A stretch of DNA of 64,000 nt, taken from contig JBBRSP010000001.1 in assembly GCA_038245295.1 (NCBI GenBank), positions 352,001 to 416,000 of the forward strand, given 5' to 3'. The DNA is from Candidatus Binatia bacterium. Lineage in GTDB: Bacteria; Desulfobacterota; Binatia; HRBIN30. Positions within the stretch are counted from its first letter, which is position 1. Each line of letters opens with the position of its first letter. Positions 9,070-17,686 of the stretch are shown here, one piece after another. Made by a program: the position numbers and the translations under genes. The notes under the pieces are model-generated. The model ran no database searches and was not told where the DNA came from. It worked only from the letters and a program-made list of their open reading frames with translations.

Positions 9070-10088
9070 CGCGGTTCCATCAGCTCAAGCAGCTCGAACT
9101 CCATCTCGGCCGTGCGGCGTCCCAAACTCGCGAGCTCGACACTCTGCACATTGCCGTCGAGATAGTTCTTGGCCTGCATGATTGTCATGATGGCCCACTT
9201 CAGGTTGCCAAGCAGCTCCCAAAATCGGACATGTTGCGGGTCGACGGCGGTGCCACTGACTTCGGCGTAGGCACGGAAGAACTCTTCGCGACTCCCGATG
9301 CCGCCGACCGGCTTGTCATCCGAGCCGAAACGCCAGGAACGCACGCACATCCAGCCGAGATCCTCCATTGGATCGCCGATATGAGCTAGCTCCCAATCGA
9401 GAATTGAACGCACACCCTCGGGCCCAAAGATGACGTTGCCGATGCGGTAATCGCCATGGACGACGACACGTCGATCATCGGCCGGTAGGCGGGCCCGTAG
9501 CCAGCGAAAGGCCAATTCGAACGTCGGATGAGGGTCCGGGGCGATCGCACGGTAGATTTGCTCGAATCGATCAATCTCGTTCGCCGCGGCGTTTTCCTCG
9601 GCTGGTGCTTCCATCAGAAACGACAGGTCGTGGCGCCGGCGGTCGATGCGATGGATGCGGGCCAGGATCTGTCCCAACTGGGCCGTCATCACGGATCGTG
9701 CCCGAGCGTACTCGTCGTCGCGCAAGAGTCGTCGCGCCAGCGTCTCGCCCTCGATGCGGTCCATGAGAAAGAAGGGCGCTCCCAGTGTGTCGCGATCGTC
9801 GGCCAGCCAGCGCACGCGCGGCACCGGCACACCCTCGGCGAGGGCTGCTTGCAAGAGGATGAACTCGTCACGACGCTGGCCCTGCACGGCGGCCTTGGGT
9901 GGGTCGCGACGTAGCACCAGGGGCAGTTGCACTTGTTCGGTTCCGTCGCTGTAGGCGACGTCGACGGCCCAGGTCTCGCGCGAAGCACCACCCGGCAAAC
10001 GGCGCAGCCCCGACACCTTGATGTCGGAGCCACCCGTCTGCGCGGCGATGAAGGTAGCCAGGCGCTGTTCGATTTCGTCAGTTGTCAT
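9066..10088 (-). CDS. Phosphotransferase family protein (APH-like, ACAD10/11 N-terminal type)
   Basis: GGASRETW, VHGDYRIGN and ILDWELAHIGDPMEDLGW motifs. Confidence 0.9.
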   Translation of the reverse strand: MTTDEIEQRLATFIAAQTGGSDIKVSGLRRLPGGASRETWAVDVAYSDGTEQVQLPLVLRRDPPKAAVQGQRRDEFILLQAALAEGVPVPRVRWLADDRDTLGAPFFLMDRIEGETLARRLLRDDEYARARSVMTAQLGQILARIHRIDRRRHDLSFLMEAPAEENAAANEIDRFEQIYRAIAPDPHPTFELAFRWLRARLPADDRRVVVHGDYRIGNVIFGPEGVRSILDWELAHIGDPMEDLGWMCVRSWRFGSDDKPVGGIGSREEFFRAYAEVSGTAVDPQHVRFWELLGNLKWAIMTIMQAKNYLDGNVQSVELASLGRRTAEMEFELLELMEPR

Positions 10089-10138
10089 TCAAACGTGAGG
10101 TTCGGATACCCGGTTCATTGCCGCAATATGCGGATGAG

Positions 10139-12289
10139 TCAATCAGCCGGGGTTGTCGCGGCGTCTTCCGTCAGTTCTACGATGCCAGCACCGGCGCGTG
10201 CCTTGAAGAGGAATCGGCAGGCCTGCGGATCGGCGCTGCGGCGCGTGTAGAACCCATGATCCAGGGCGGCGAGGACGTCGCTGACCCTGTCGTCCGCCAC
10301 CAGACTCACGGTGCAGCCACCGAAGCCTGCTCCCGTCAGTCGCGCCCCGACGGCGCCGGCGCCGCGCGTCAACTCGACCAGCTCCTCCAGCTCGGGGCAG
10401 CTGATCTCATAGTCGTCGCGGCAACTAAAGTGCGACGCGTTCATGAGGGTGCCGAGTGTTGCGATGTCGTTTTCGCGCAGGGCCGTCTCTGCCTGGTTTA
10501 CTCGTTGGGCTTCGCTGAGGACGTGTCGTAGGCGTCGGACGATCGCGAACGAATCCGGCAGGCTTGTCGGGATCGCCAAGATGCGCCGTAACTCCTCTGT
10601 GTCGACGGCCAACACGGCGGCCACGCGGGCCAAGGGCAACGGCTCGTCGGGCAACCGGGCCAGGACAGGTGCAAAGAACGAGGGCAGGGGCCTATCCGGA
10701 AAGAGGCGCACTAGATCGCCGAGTGTCGACAGATGGATTTTGGGGCGCTCGTCGGCGAGAGCCTGCTCCAGGACCCGACACGCGAGCTGGCACTCGATGA
10801 CGCGAAGATTATAGGCGTCCTTTGCGATGCCCGCCTTTTCGGCTTGCACGAGGCTGTCGGCGACGATGAAGCCGTAGCCTGCCGGCAGCGGTACGGGCCG
10901 CACGTTCAGCGGGAAGAAGTCGATGCGTAGCGCATGATCGGCCTGCCCCAGCAGGCTGATCGCTTGATCCATGCCGCCGCTCAAGGTGCCGACGTAACGC
11001 TCGGCGCGCGGCAGCATCTCGGCGAGAGCCATCTTGTCGATTGTCGCGTCGTTGGCGCGCAGAAGTGTCAGCGCGCTTGCTACGACCAGGGCGGAAGAAG
11101 ACGACAATCCCGCGCCAGCGGGGATGTTGCCGTCGATGAGCAGGGTCGCCCCACTTTTCAAAGCGGTACCGTTGCCGACCAATCCCTGCGCCGCCGCCTT
11201 CACATAGTTGGTCCAGCTCCCCGCCACGTCGGCGGTAATCTGGTCGCTTATCTCGAAGCAGCAGTCGGCGAACCGCGGATCCACATTCGACGCCGTCACC
11301 AGGCGATCACGGCGTCGCGATGCCGCCATGAGAACACTTCGATCGATCGCCATCGGCAATACCGGCAAGCCATTGTAGTCGGTATGTTCGCCGAGCAAGT
11401 TCACGCGCCCGGGTGCGCGGGCGACAAACTCAGGTCGCTGCCCGTGCTGTTGCGTGAACCGAGCGACCAGCTCTTCGATCCGTGACGCTTCATGATTCGT
11501 CACAGACGCGTCGGCACCAGACGAGCGCCCACGCCCGACGCCCGACCCGAAACGCTCGACTAGTGTATAGGCTGTTTGCGCGACGGCGAGATCCTCTGGT
11601 GTTCCGATGTCACTCCAGAAGCCGTCCAGCGCCATCGCCCGCACATCACGCTTGTCCTCGATCATGTTGGTGATGGCTTGCGGCAGCTCATATTCCCCAC
11701 GTTCGGAAGGACCGAGAGCATCGATGTACCGCCAGACGATCGGAGCGCAGATGAAAATGCCGGCGTTGTTCCACGGCGTTGAGGACGTTCCGCGCGGCGG
11801 TTTCTCGATGAGCTGCGTCACCCTGTCGTCAGGATCGATGTACACGGCGGCGCCGCGCCACGGATCTTCGACCCGGTTGAGGCTGAGGAGGGCGTCGGCG
11901 TTGTGCCGACGGTAGGTGTCGACCAGTCGCGCATACTGCGACGGTTCGATGACCACATCACCCCAGGAGACAAGGAACGGCTGGTCGTCGGCTGCAGCGC
12001 GTGCCAGTTGCACCGCGCGCGCGGTGCCGTCGGCGATGGATTGTCGCCGATAGGTCAAGCGCATGCCGAGTGCCGCGCCGTCGCCAAAGTAGCGTTCGAT
12101 TTGATCGCCGCGATAACCGACCACGATGACCGCTTTGTGAATACCGGCGGTGCGCAAGCCGAGCAGGATGTGCTCGAGAATGGGCCGCCCCTGCAGCGGC
12201 AGCAGGGGCTTCGGCATCGTGTCCGTCAGCGCGCCCATGCGCGTGCCGCGTCCGGCGGCGAGGAGTACGGCGATCACGCCGGCGTTCAT
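10139..12289 (-). CDS. Fusion protein: sugar-phosphate nucleotidyltransferase plus galactokinase/GalNAc-kinase (GHMP)
   Basis: N-terminus LAAGRGTRM...PKPLL...GEYEL...WSDIGTPED; C-terminus APGRVNLLGEHTDYN, PAGAGLSSSSA, GGMDQ and GARLTGAGFGGC; one uninterrupted 716-aa ORF. Confidence 0.9.
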   Translation of the reverse strand: MNAGVIAVLLAAGRGTRMGALTDTMPKPLLPLQGRPILEHILLGLRTAGIHKAVIVVGYRGDQIERYFGDGAALGMRLTYRRQSIADGTARAVQLARAAADDQPFLVSWGDVVIEPSQYARLVDTYRRHNADALLSLNRVEDPWRGAAVYIDPDDRVTQLIEKPPRGTSSTPWNNAGIFICAPIVWRYIDALGPSERGEYELPQAITNMIEDKRDVRAMALDGFWSDIGTPEDLAVAQTAYTLVERFGSGVGRGRSSGADASVTNHEASRIEELVARFTQQHGQRPEFVARAPGRVNLLGEHTDYNGLPVLPMAIDRSVLMAASRRRDRLVTASNVDPRFADCCFEISDQITADVAGSWTNYVKAAAQGLVGNGTALKSGATLLIDGNIPAGAGLSSSSALVVASALTLLRANDATIDKMALAEMLPRAERYVGTLSGGMDQAISLLGQADHALRIDFFPLNVRPVPLPAGYGFIVADSLVQAEKAGIAKDAYNLRVIECQLACRVLEQALADERPKIHLSTLGDLVRLFPDRPLPSFFAPVLARLPDEPLPLARVAAVLAVDTEELRRILAIPTSLPDSFAIVRRLRHVLSEAQRVNQAETALRENDIATLGTLMNASHFSCRDDYEISCPELEELVELTRGAGAVGARLTGAGFGGCTVSLVADDRVSDVLAALDHGFYTRRSADPQACRFLFKARAGAGIVELTEDAATTPAD

Positions 12290-12310
12290 ATGCAGCGCGA
12301 TGCCGAGGTC

Positions 12311-13195
12311 CTAGTTGCGAGGAATCGGCGTTCGCGATGGGCGCGGCGGTCGGGTCGCGCGGGGCGGACGAGTGGCGCGGGTTGGCCGGGTGGGGGTCAC
12401 CACCGGTGTCGGGGTTGCCGTCGGTGGCGGCGCGGTTGTCGGGTTACCGATGGGTGCTGTCGATATCCGCGCCGGAATGTTGACGCTGATGACCGAGGCA
12501 TTATCGGCGAAGCTGTTGTCGGTCTCCATCAGGAAATCGAGCGGATCGGCGACGTTGACCAGCGAGTACGTTCCGGCGGGGACCGACTCATCCCGGCCGA
12601 CATCGAGCTCGATGTATTGTTCTGGATAGAAGTCGTCGTATACGTCGGTCCATCCGGACGAAATTCCCTGCTGCCCTTCCTGGGTCAGGCAGTTGCCGTA
12701 GACCTGGCGCGTGCCATCGAAGCCGCGCAGCGGCTCGATATCGGTCAGACAAAACGACAACTTCGAAGCGCGGGCGATTTGGGTTCCTGTTGCCGGATCG
12801 TCGGAATCGTTCTTGCGCAGCTGGTACTCTGCAAAGTCGTTCAAATGCCAATGATTGTGGGTGACGTGGAACTCGAACGTGCCGGCGTCGTGGGTGCAAG
12901 AGGTGCCGTCGGACTTCTGGACGATCTGTGTCGCGCGGGTCACCTTCTGGCCGAACTCGGTGGTGACGATCTTCGACTCAATGCGTAGCGGGCCGCGACC
13001 GATGTTGGCGAAATATGAGGTGAAGTAGAGACGGCGCGTACCATTACGCTCGACGACGCGCACACGTTTCGGCGGCAACGACCGCATGTTTGGCAGGACC
13101 AGGGTCGGATCATTCGGATCACACTCTTCGGCGATAGCCGGCGCGATCAGAGACAAAAATACGAGTCCGGCAACGGCCGTGAAACGGAAACTCAT
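12311..13195 (-). CDS. Secreted lysyl oxidase family protein with Thr/Pro- and Arg/Pro-rich C-terminal tail
   Basis: Signal peptide MSFRFTAVAGLVFLSLIAPAIA; FEFHVTHNHWH copper site, SKLSFCLTD (LTQ Lys), GISSGWTDVY (LTQ Tyr); AGGAGG upstream of ATG 13195. Confidence 0.85.
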   Translation of the reverse strand: MSFRFTAVAGLVFLSLIAPAIAEECDPNDPTLVLPNMRSLPPKRVRVVERNGTRRLYFTSYFANIGRGPLRIESKIVTTEFGQKVTRATQIVQKSDGTSCTHDAGTFEFHVTHNHWHLNDFAEYQLRKNDSDDPATGTQIARASKLSFCLTDIEPLRGFDGTRQVYGNCLTQEGQQGISSGWTDVYDDFYPEQYIELDVGRDESVPAGTYSLVNVADPLDFLMETDNSFADNASVISVNIPARISTAPIGNPTTAPPPTATPTPVVTPTRPTRATRPPRATRPPRPSRTPIPRN

Positions 13196-13283
13196 CGAGG
13201 ACCTCCTGGTGCAACTTCGGCCGGACGGTACCTCACGCGCGCGACGGTAAGCAAGCCACTTAGCCTGCAATAATCAGCGGGTT

Positions 13284-14909
13284 TCAGCCAAAGCTGTCGA
13301 CCAGTTGATTGAGGATTGTCTCCCGTTCGTTCTCGTCGGCCGAGCCGAGAAATCGCGCCAGTAGGGCCGCGTCAAGGTGGTGGCGTTTGAAGAAGCCCGC
13401 TGAACGCTCGTTGAGGGTCGCATCGTGGGGATTGGCGAGCAGTCCGCCGATGTAGGTGTTGAGTGCTTCCGGGAGTAGGTTCGCTTGCTCGTAGGCCAAG
13501 GCAAGGTGCACCGTGCCGATGGCGTCGCCGCTGCGCTCGCTCAACCCGCGCCGCAGGTAGTCGATCGCCGCGTCGATGTGCCCGGCTTCGCGTTCCATGG
13601 CGCCCGTGTTGATGTCGATTTCGGGGATTCGATAACTGTGGACGCCCCAGGCGTCGCTCCACGCGAGGACGATGCCGAGTCCGGCGAGCGCCGCACTGAG
13701 GACGATCGTGCGTCGATCACGCCACGTCGTCCTGACGCTTCGTACGGTGAGGCCGGCCAGCAGCAGCAGGCTGGGCAGCATGATCAGGCGAAACCGCCCG
13801 TTGGTAAAGAAGACGACACACGTCATCAGGGCGATGCTGACCGGCGCCATAAGGACCGGCACACTCTTGCGTCGCAGCGAGGGTAGTCCGGCCAGGGCGA
13901 AGGGCAGTACCATGCCAAAGCTCAGCGGCAGCGCCGGCAATCGGAACAACCAACTGTAGGAGCTCTGCCAATCTGGATCCGACGTGTTGGGCAGCTCACG
14001 GTTGGTGAAGGTCCATACGAGCTTCTTGAACCCGAGGGCTACCGCGGCCCACGGGTTGTCGCCAATGAACTGCTCCGCTTGGTTGCGAAAAAGGCGATCG
14101 GCGAGGCGCGCGTCGCCGCCGGCCGTGGTGCGAATGGCATCAGCCGTTGGCTCCAGTTCCGGGGTAATGAACGGGCTGACGCCGTCGGCATTCGGGTTGT
14201 TCCCGAGCCACAGATTCAGGCCGCCGCTCTGCGGCAGCCATGCCGACGAGGTGCCGCTGCCGGTGTTGAGCGTCAATACGAAAACCAAACCGATTGCCAT
14301 TCCGAAGCCGACGCGGGTGGCAGCGCCGAGGTGCCGGCGCGCCGCCGCGGCGAGCAGCAGGAATGGTAGGCCCACCAGCAGCTCACTGCGCACGGCCACG
14401 GCAAGCCCCCAGATCACCCCGGCGATGATCCACTGCTCGGCGGCCAGGCCGGCAAGCGCCGCGATGACCAGGAAGACAGGCAGGGTCGCCGGGACAAGCT
14501 CGCCGCACGAGAGGATCAGCGGCCCGTAGAGGGCGGCGAGCAGCGCGGCGATGACCCCGGACGGGCGATCGAACAGCCGAGTGCCCAGCGGCACCAGCAG
14601 CGCGGCAGCCGCCGCATCGAGCAACGCTTGGGTCACGTACACGTTGGACAAAGCCGCTCCGCTCAGCCGGTAGATCAGGGCGATGAAGTACGCGTAGCCT
14701 GCCGCCTGCTCGAACGGTGGTCGCGGCGCGTGGCCCTCGAGGATCAGTCGTGCCCATTCGTCGTAGCGTGCGGCATTGGTGACGAGGTTGTCGAAGAACG
14801 GCGCCGTCGCCACCGAGTGCAGGTACGCGAGTCGAACGGCGAGGGCGACGACGAAGATGCTCATCGGAGCTAGCCAGGCGCGAGCCCCGGAGTTTGGCGA
14901 TTCACTCAC
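13284..14909 (-). CDS. Polytopic GT-C (GT39/ArnT-like) glycosyltransferase with C-terminal TPR-like helices
   Basis: Many TM segments; YDEWARLI...PFEQAAGYAYF, GGLNLWLGNNPNADG and FFTNGRFRL motifs; TPR-like C-terminus. Confidence 0.72.
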   Translation of the reverse strand: MSESPNSGARAWLAPMSIFVVALAVRLAYLHSVATAPFFDNLVTNAARYDEWARLILEGHAPRPPFEQAAGYAYFIALIYRLSGAALSNVYVTQALLDAAAAALLVPLGTRLFDRPSGVIAALLAALYGPLILSCGELVPATLPVFLVIAALAGLAAEQWIIAGVIWGLAVAVRSELLVGLPFLLLAAAARRHLGAATRVGFGMAIGLVFVLTLNTGSGTSSAWLPQSGGLNLWLGNNPNADGVSPFITPELEPTADAIRTTAGGDARLADRLFRNQAEQFIGDNPWAAVALGFKKLVWTFTNRELPNTSDPDWQSSYSWLFRLPALPLSFGMVLPFALAGLPSLRRKSVPVLMAPVSIALMTCVVFFTNGRFRLIMLPSLLLLAGLTVRSVRTTWRDRRTIVLSAALAGLGIVLAWSDAWGVHSYRIPEIDINTGAMEREAGHIDAAIDYLRRGLSERSGDAIGTVHLALAYEQANLLPEALNTYIGGLLANPHDATLNERSAGFFKRHHLDAALLARFLGSADENERETILNQLVDSFG

Positions 14910-15002
14910 AACGTGGGCCTCCTACTTGCTGCGGCATAGTCGTGCAACTGTACCCGTCCGCGGTCGTGCCTTTGGGTCGTCCCTTGTGGTAGCGGGGGGA
15001 GC

Positions 15003-15956
15003 ATGGCTCGTATCCTGATCGCCGGTGCCGGTGCGTTGGGTTCGGTGTTCGGCGGCTTCCTGCAGCGTTACGGACACGCGGTGACCTTGCTCGGGCGCGC
15101 TCCGCATCTGGCAGCGATCGCTACAGGTGGCCTGCGGATCGACGGCATTTGGGGCGAGTGTAGCGTGGACGGCTTCGCCCTGGTCAGCGATGCGGCACAA
15201 CTGGTAGGTCGCTTCGACTGTATTCTGGTGACCGTCAAGTCTTTCGATACCGCCGGGGTTGCCGCGAGACTTGCGGATCATCTGGTGCCGGACGGCATCG
15301 TCGTTTCGCTGCAGAACGGTCTGGGCAACATTGAAGCGCTGCAGGGCGAACTCGGCCCGGAGCGGGTCCTGGGAGGCCGTGTCATCTTCGGTGCGACGAT
15401 CCCACACCCGGGCGCGGTGCGCGTGACGGTGTATGCCGAGCCGGTGTTGCTCGGCGCATGGGGGGAGGCTCCCGTGGGCCTCGCCGATACGGCGCGTGCC
15501 TGGGCTGTCGAGATCACTCGTATCGGAATCCCCACGCAGTACACGGCCAACCTGCCAGCGGCGCTGTGGGGTAAGGTGTTCTATAACGCCGCCCTCAATC
15601 CTCTTGGGGCTCTTCTGGGTGTGCACTACGGCGCGCTCGCCGAGGACGAAGCGACCCGTTCCATCATGGACGAGGTGATCGGCGAAGCCCACGCCGTGGC
15701 CTGCGCGGAAGGCATCTCGCTGCCATGGCCGTCGGCGGCGGCGTATCGCGAGCTGTTTTATGACCGTCTGCTGCCGCCAACCTACGACCACCGTTCGTCG
15801 ATGCTGCAGGACCTCGAGCGCGGTCGGCGCACGGAGATCGACGCGATCAATGGCGAGGTGTGGCGTCGTGGCCAGAGCCACGCCATCGCCACGCCCAATA
15901 ATGCGCTGCTGACACGCTTGGTTCGAGCCCGTCATCATGGCATGGCAGGCCGATGA
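15003..15956 (+). CDS. panE: 2-dehydropantoate 2-reductase (ketopantoate reductase)
   Basis: GAGALG, VKSFD, LQNGLG, WGKVFYNAALNP and SSMLQDLERGRRTEID motifs. Confidence 0.88.
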   Translation: MARILIAGAGALGSVFGGFLQRYGHAVTLLGRAPHLAAIATGGLRIDGIWGECSVDGFALVSDAAQLVGRFDCILVTVKSFDTAGVAARLADHLVPDGIVVSLQNGLGNIEALQGELGPERVLGGRVIFGATIPHPGAVRVTVYAEPVLLGAWGEAPVGLADTARAWAVEITRIGIPTQYTANLPAALWGKVFYNAALNPLGALLGVHYGALAEDEATRSIMDEVIGEAHAVACAEGISLPWPSAAAYRELFYDRLLPPTYDHRSSMLQDLERGRRTEIDAINGEVWRRGQSHAIATPNNALLTRLVRARHHGMAGR

Positions 15957-16417
15957 GCGTGACGATCACAGCGGCCACCCAGTTGGCAATCAACACCCAC
16001 GCCGAGCGAACGTATCCAGATGAGTGTTGTGGATTTGTCGTGGCGCGCGATGGACGCGAAGAGGTGCTCGAAATCGAAAACGTCCAGAACGAGCTGCACG
16101 CCAAGGACCCACAGAGTTTCACGCGCGACGCACGCACCGCGTACAACATGCGTTACGCCGACGTGGAGCCGATCTTCGAGGCCGCGTACAAAGGGACCCT
16201 ACGTCTGCGCGCCGTCTATCACTCGCATCCGGAACACGACGCTTATTTCTCCGACACCGACCGCGCCGCTGCCGAGGGGTGGATTGACGATCCCAATTAC
16301 GCCGCGGCGGGGCAGATTGTCGTCTCCGTACGACAGCGTCGGGCGGTCGTCGCCAAGGCATTTGTCTTCGATCCAACGTCGCGCCAATACGTTGACGCCG
16401 CCCTAAACGTGGAGTGA
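15953..16417 (+). CDS. M67/JAB (JAMM) family metallopeptidase
   Basis: YPDECCG and YHSHPEHDAYFSDTD (E...HSH-x7-S-x2-D). Confidence 0.88.
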   Translation: MSVTITAATQLAINTHAERTYPDECCGFVVARDGREEVLEIENVQNELHAKDPQSFTRDARTAYNMRYADVEPIFEAAYKGTLRLRAVYHSHPEHDAYFSDTDRAAAEGWIDDPNYAAAGQIVVSVRQRRAVVAKAFVFDPTSRQYVDAALNVE

Positions 16418-16481
16418 GACAGCCGGCGGGGACTGAATCTGGCGCGGTCTCGGTGGGCCTGCTAGGCAGCGGCGCTGCTGT

Positions 16482-17657
16482 ATGGCGCGCCTCTGGCTTC
16501 TGATCGCTGTTTGCTTCGGTATCACGCTGCCCGCTGTCGTCTTGCGCGTCAGCGGCGCACACGTTGAATCAGAGATTGGCGCCCTGATGTTCGGCGTGGC
16601 GATCCTTGGCGGCGCCTTCCTTCTCACCTGGGCTTCCGAGGTTGCCGAGCTCGACATTCCGCAAGGCGTCGCGCTTGCTTTCCTAGCGCTGGTTGCCGTG
16701 CTTCCCGAATATGCCGTCGACCTTTACTTCGCGTGGAAAGCGGCGACGCATCCGGAGTACACCGCGTTCGCCACGGCCAACATGACCGGGGCCAACCGCT
16801 TGCTGATCGGCGTCGCCTGGCCGGTGATCATCTTTCTGAATTGGTTTCGCACCAAGAGCACCGAACTCGAATTGGAGAAAGATCGCAGCGTCGAGTTGTC
16901 GTTCTTGACGCTCGCAACGATCTACTCCTTCATCATCCCGTTCAAGGGGACCATCTCGGTCCTTGATTCCGTCGTGCTCGTGTCGATCTTCATCGCCTAT
17001 GTCTGGCGCATCATGCAGGCGGAGGCCCGAGAGCCGGATCTCGTCGGTCCGGCGCTGGCCATCGCCGAGCTCCGACCGGCTGTGCGGCGCAGTGTCGTCG
17101 TGTTGTTCTTTCTGTTCTCGGCCGGGGTGATCCTGGCGAGCGCCGAGCCGTTTGCCGAATCCCTGATACACATGGGGCGCAAAAGCGGCATCGACGAGTT
17201 CTTGTTGGTGCAATGGCTGGCGCCGCTCGCTTCCGAGGCACCCGAGCTCATCATCGCCTGCATCCTGACGATGAAGGGTGATGCGCAAGCCGGTATGGGG
17301 GCGATGGTGTCGTCGAAGGTGAATCAGTGGACCCTGCTGGTCGGCACCCTGCCGCTGGCCTACTCGGCGTCGCATGGTCACGTCGAGGCGCTGCACCTCG
17401 ATGCGCGACAAGTTGAGGAGGTGTTGCTCACGGCGGCGCAATCCTTCCTGGCGATCGCCGTACTTTGTGATTTGCGCCTATCGATGACCGAGGCCGTGAT
17501 GCTGTTCCTACTGTTCATTGTGCAGCTGTTCTTCCCCGACACACACGTGCGTTACCTCTTCGCGTTGTCCTATCTGGTGATCGGCGCGGCGCTGATGATG
17601 CGCAAGCGTGTCGCGTTTGGGAACCTCTTCCGCTCTGGTTTGCGCGGCGGGCATTAG
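16482..17657 (+). CDS. Sodium:calcium (cation:Ca2+) antiporter
   Basis: Two alpha-repeats, AVLPEYAVD...ANMTGANR and APLASEAPE...SSKVNQWT; about 10 TM segments. Confidence 0.85.
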   Translation: MARLWLLIAVCFGITLPAVVLRVSGAHVESEIGALMFGVAILGGAFLLTWASEVAELDIPQGVALAFLALVAVLPEYAVDLYFAWKAATHPEYTAFATANMTGANRLLIGVAWPVIIFLNWFRTKSTELELEKDRSVELSFLTLATIYSFIIPFKGTISVLDSVVLVSIFIAYVWRIMQAEAREPDLVGPALAIAELRPAVRRSVVVLFFLFSAGVILASAEPFAESLIHMGRKSGIDEFLLVQWLAPLASEAPELIIACILTMKGDAQAGMGAMVSSKVNQWTLLVGTLPLAYSASHGHVEALHLDARQVEEVLLTAAQSFLAIAVLCDLRLSMTEAVMLFLLFIVQLFFPDTHVRYLFALSYLVIGAALMMRKRVAFGNLFRSGLRGGH

Positions 17658-17686
17658 CCGCCTCTTCAGCCTGCGCTGGCTGTGAA

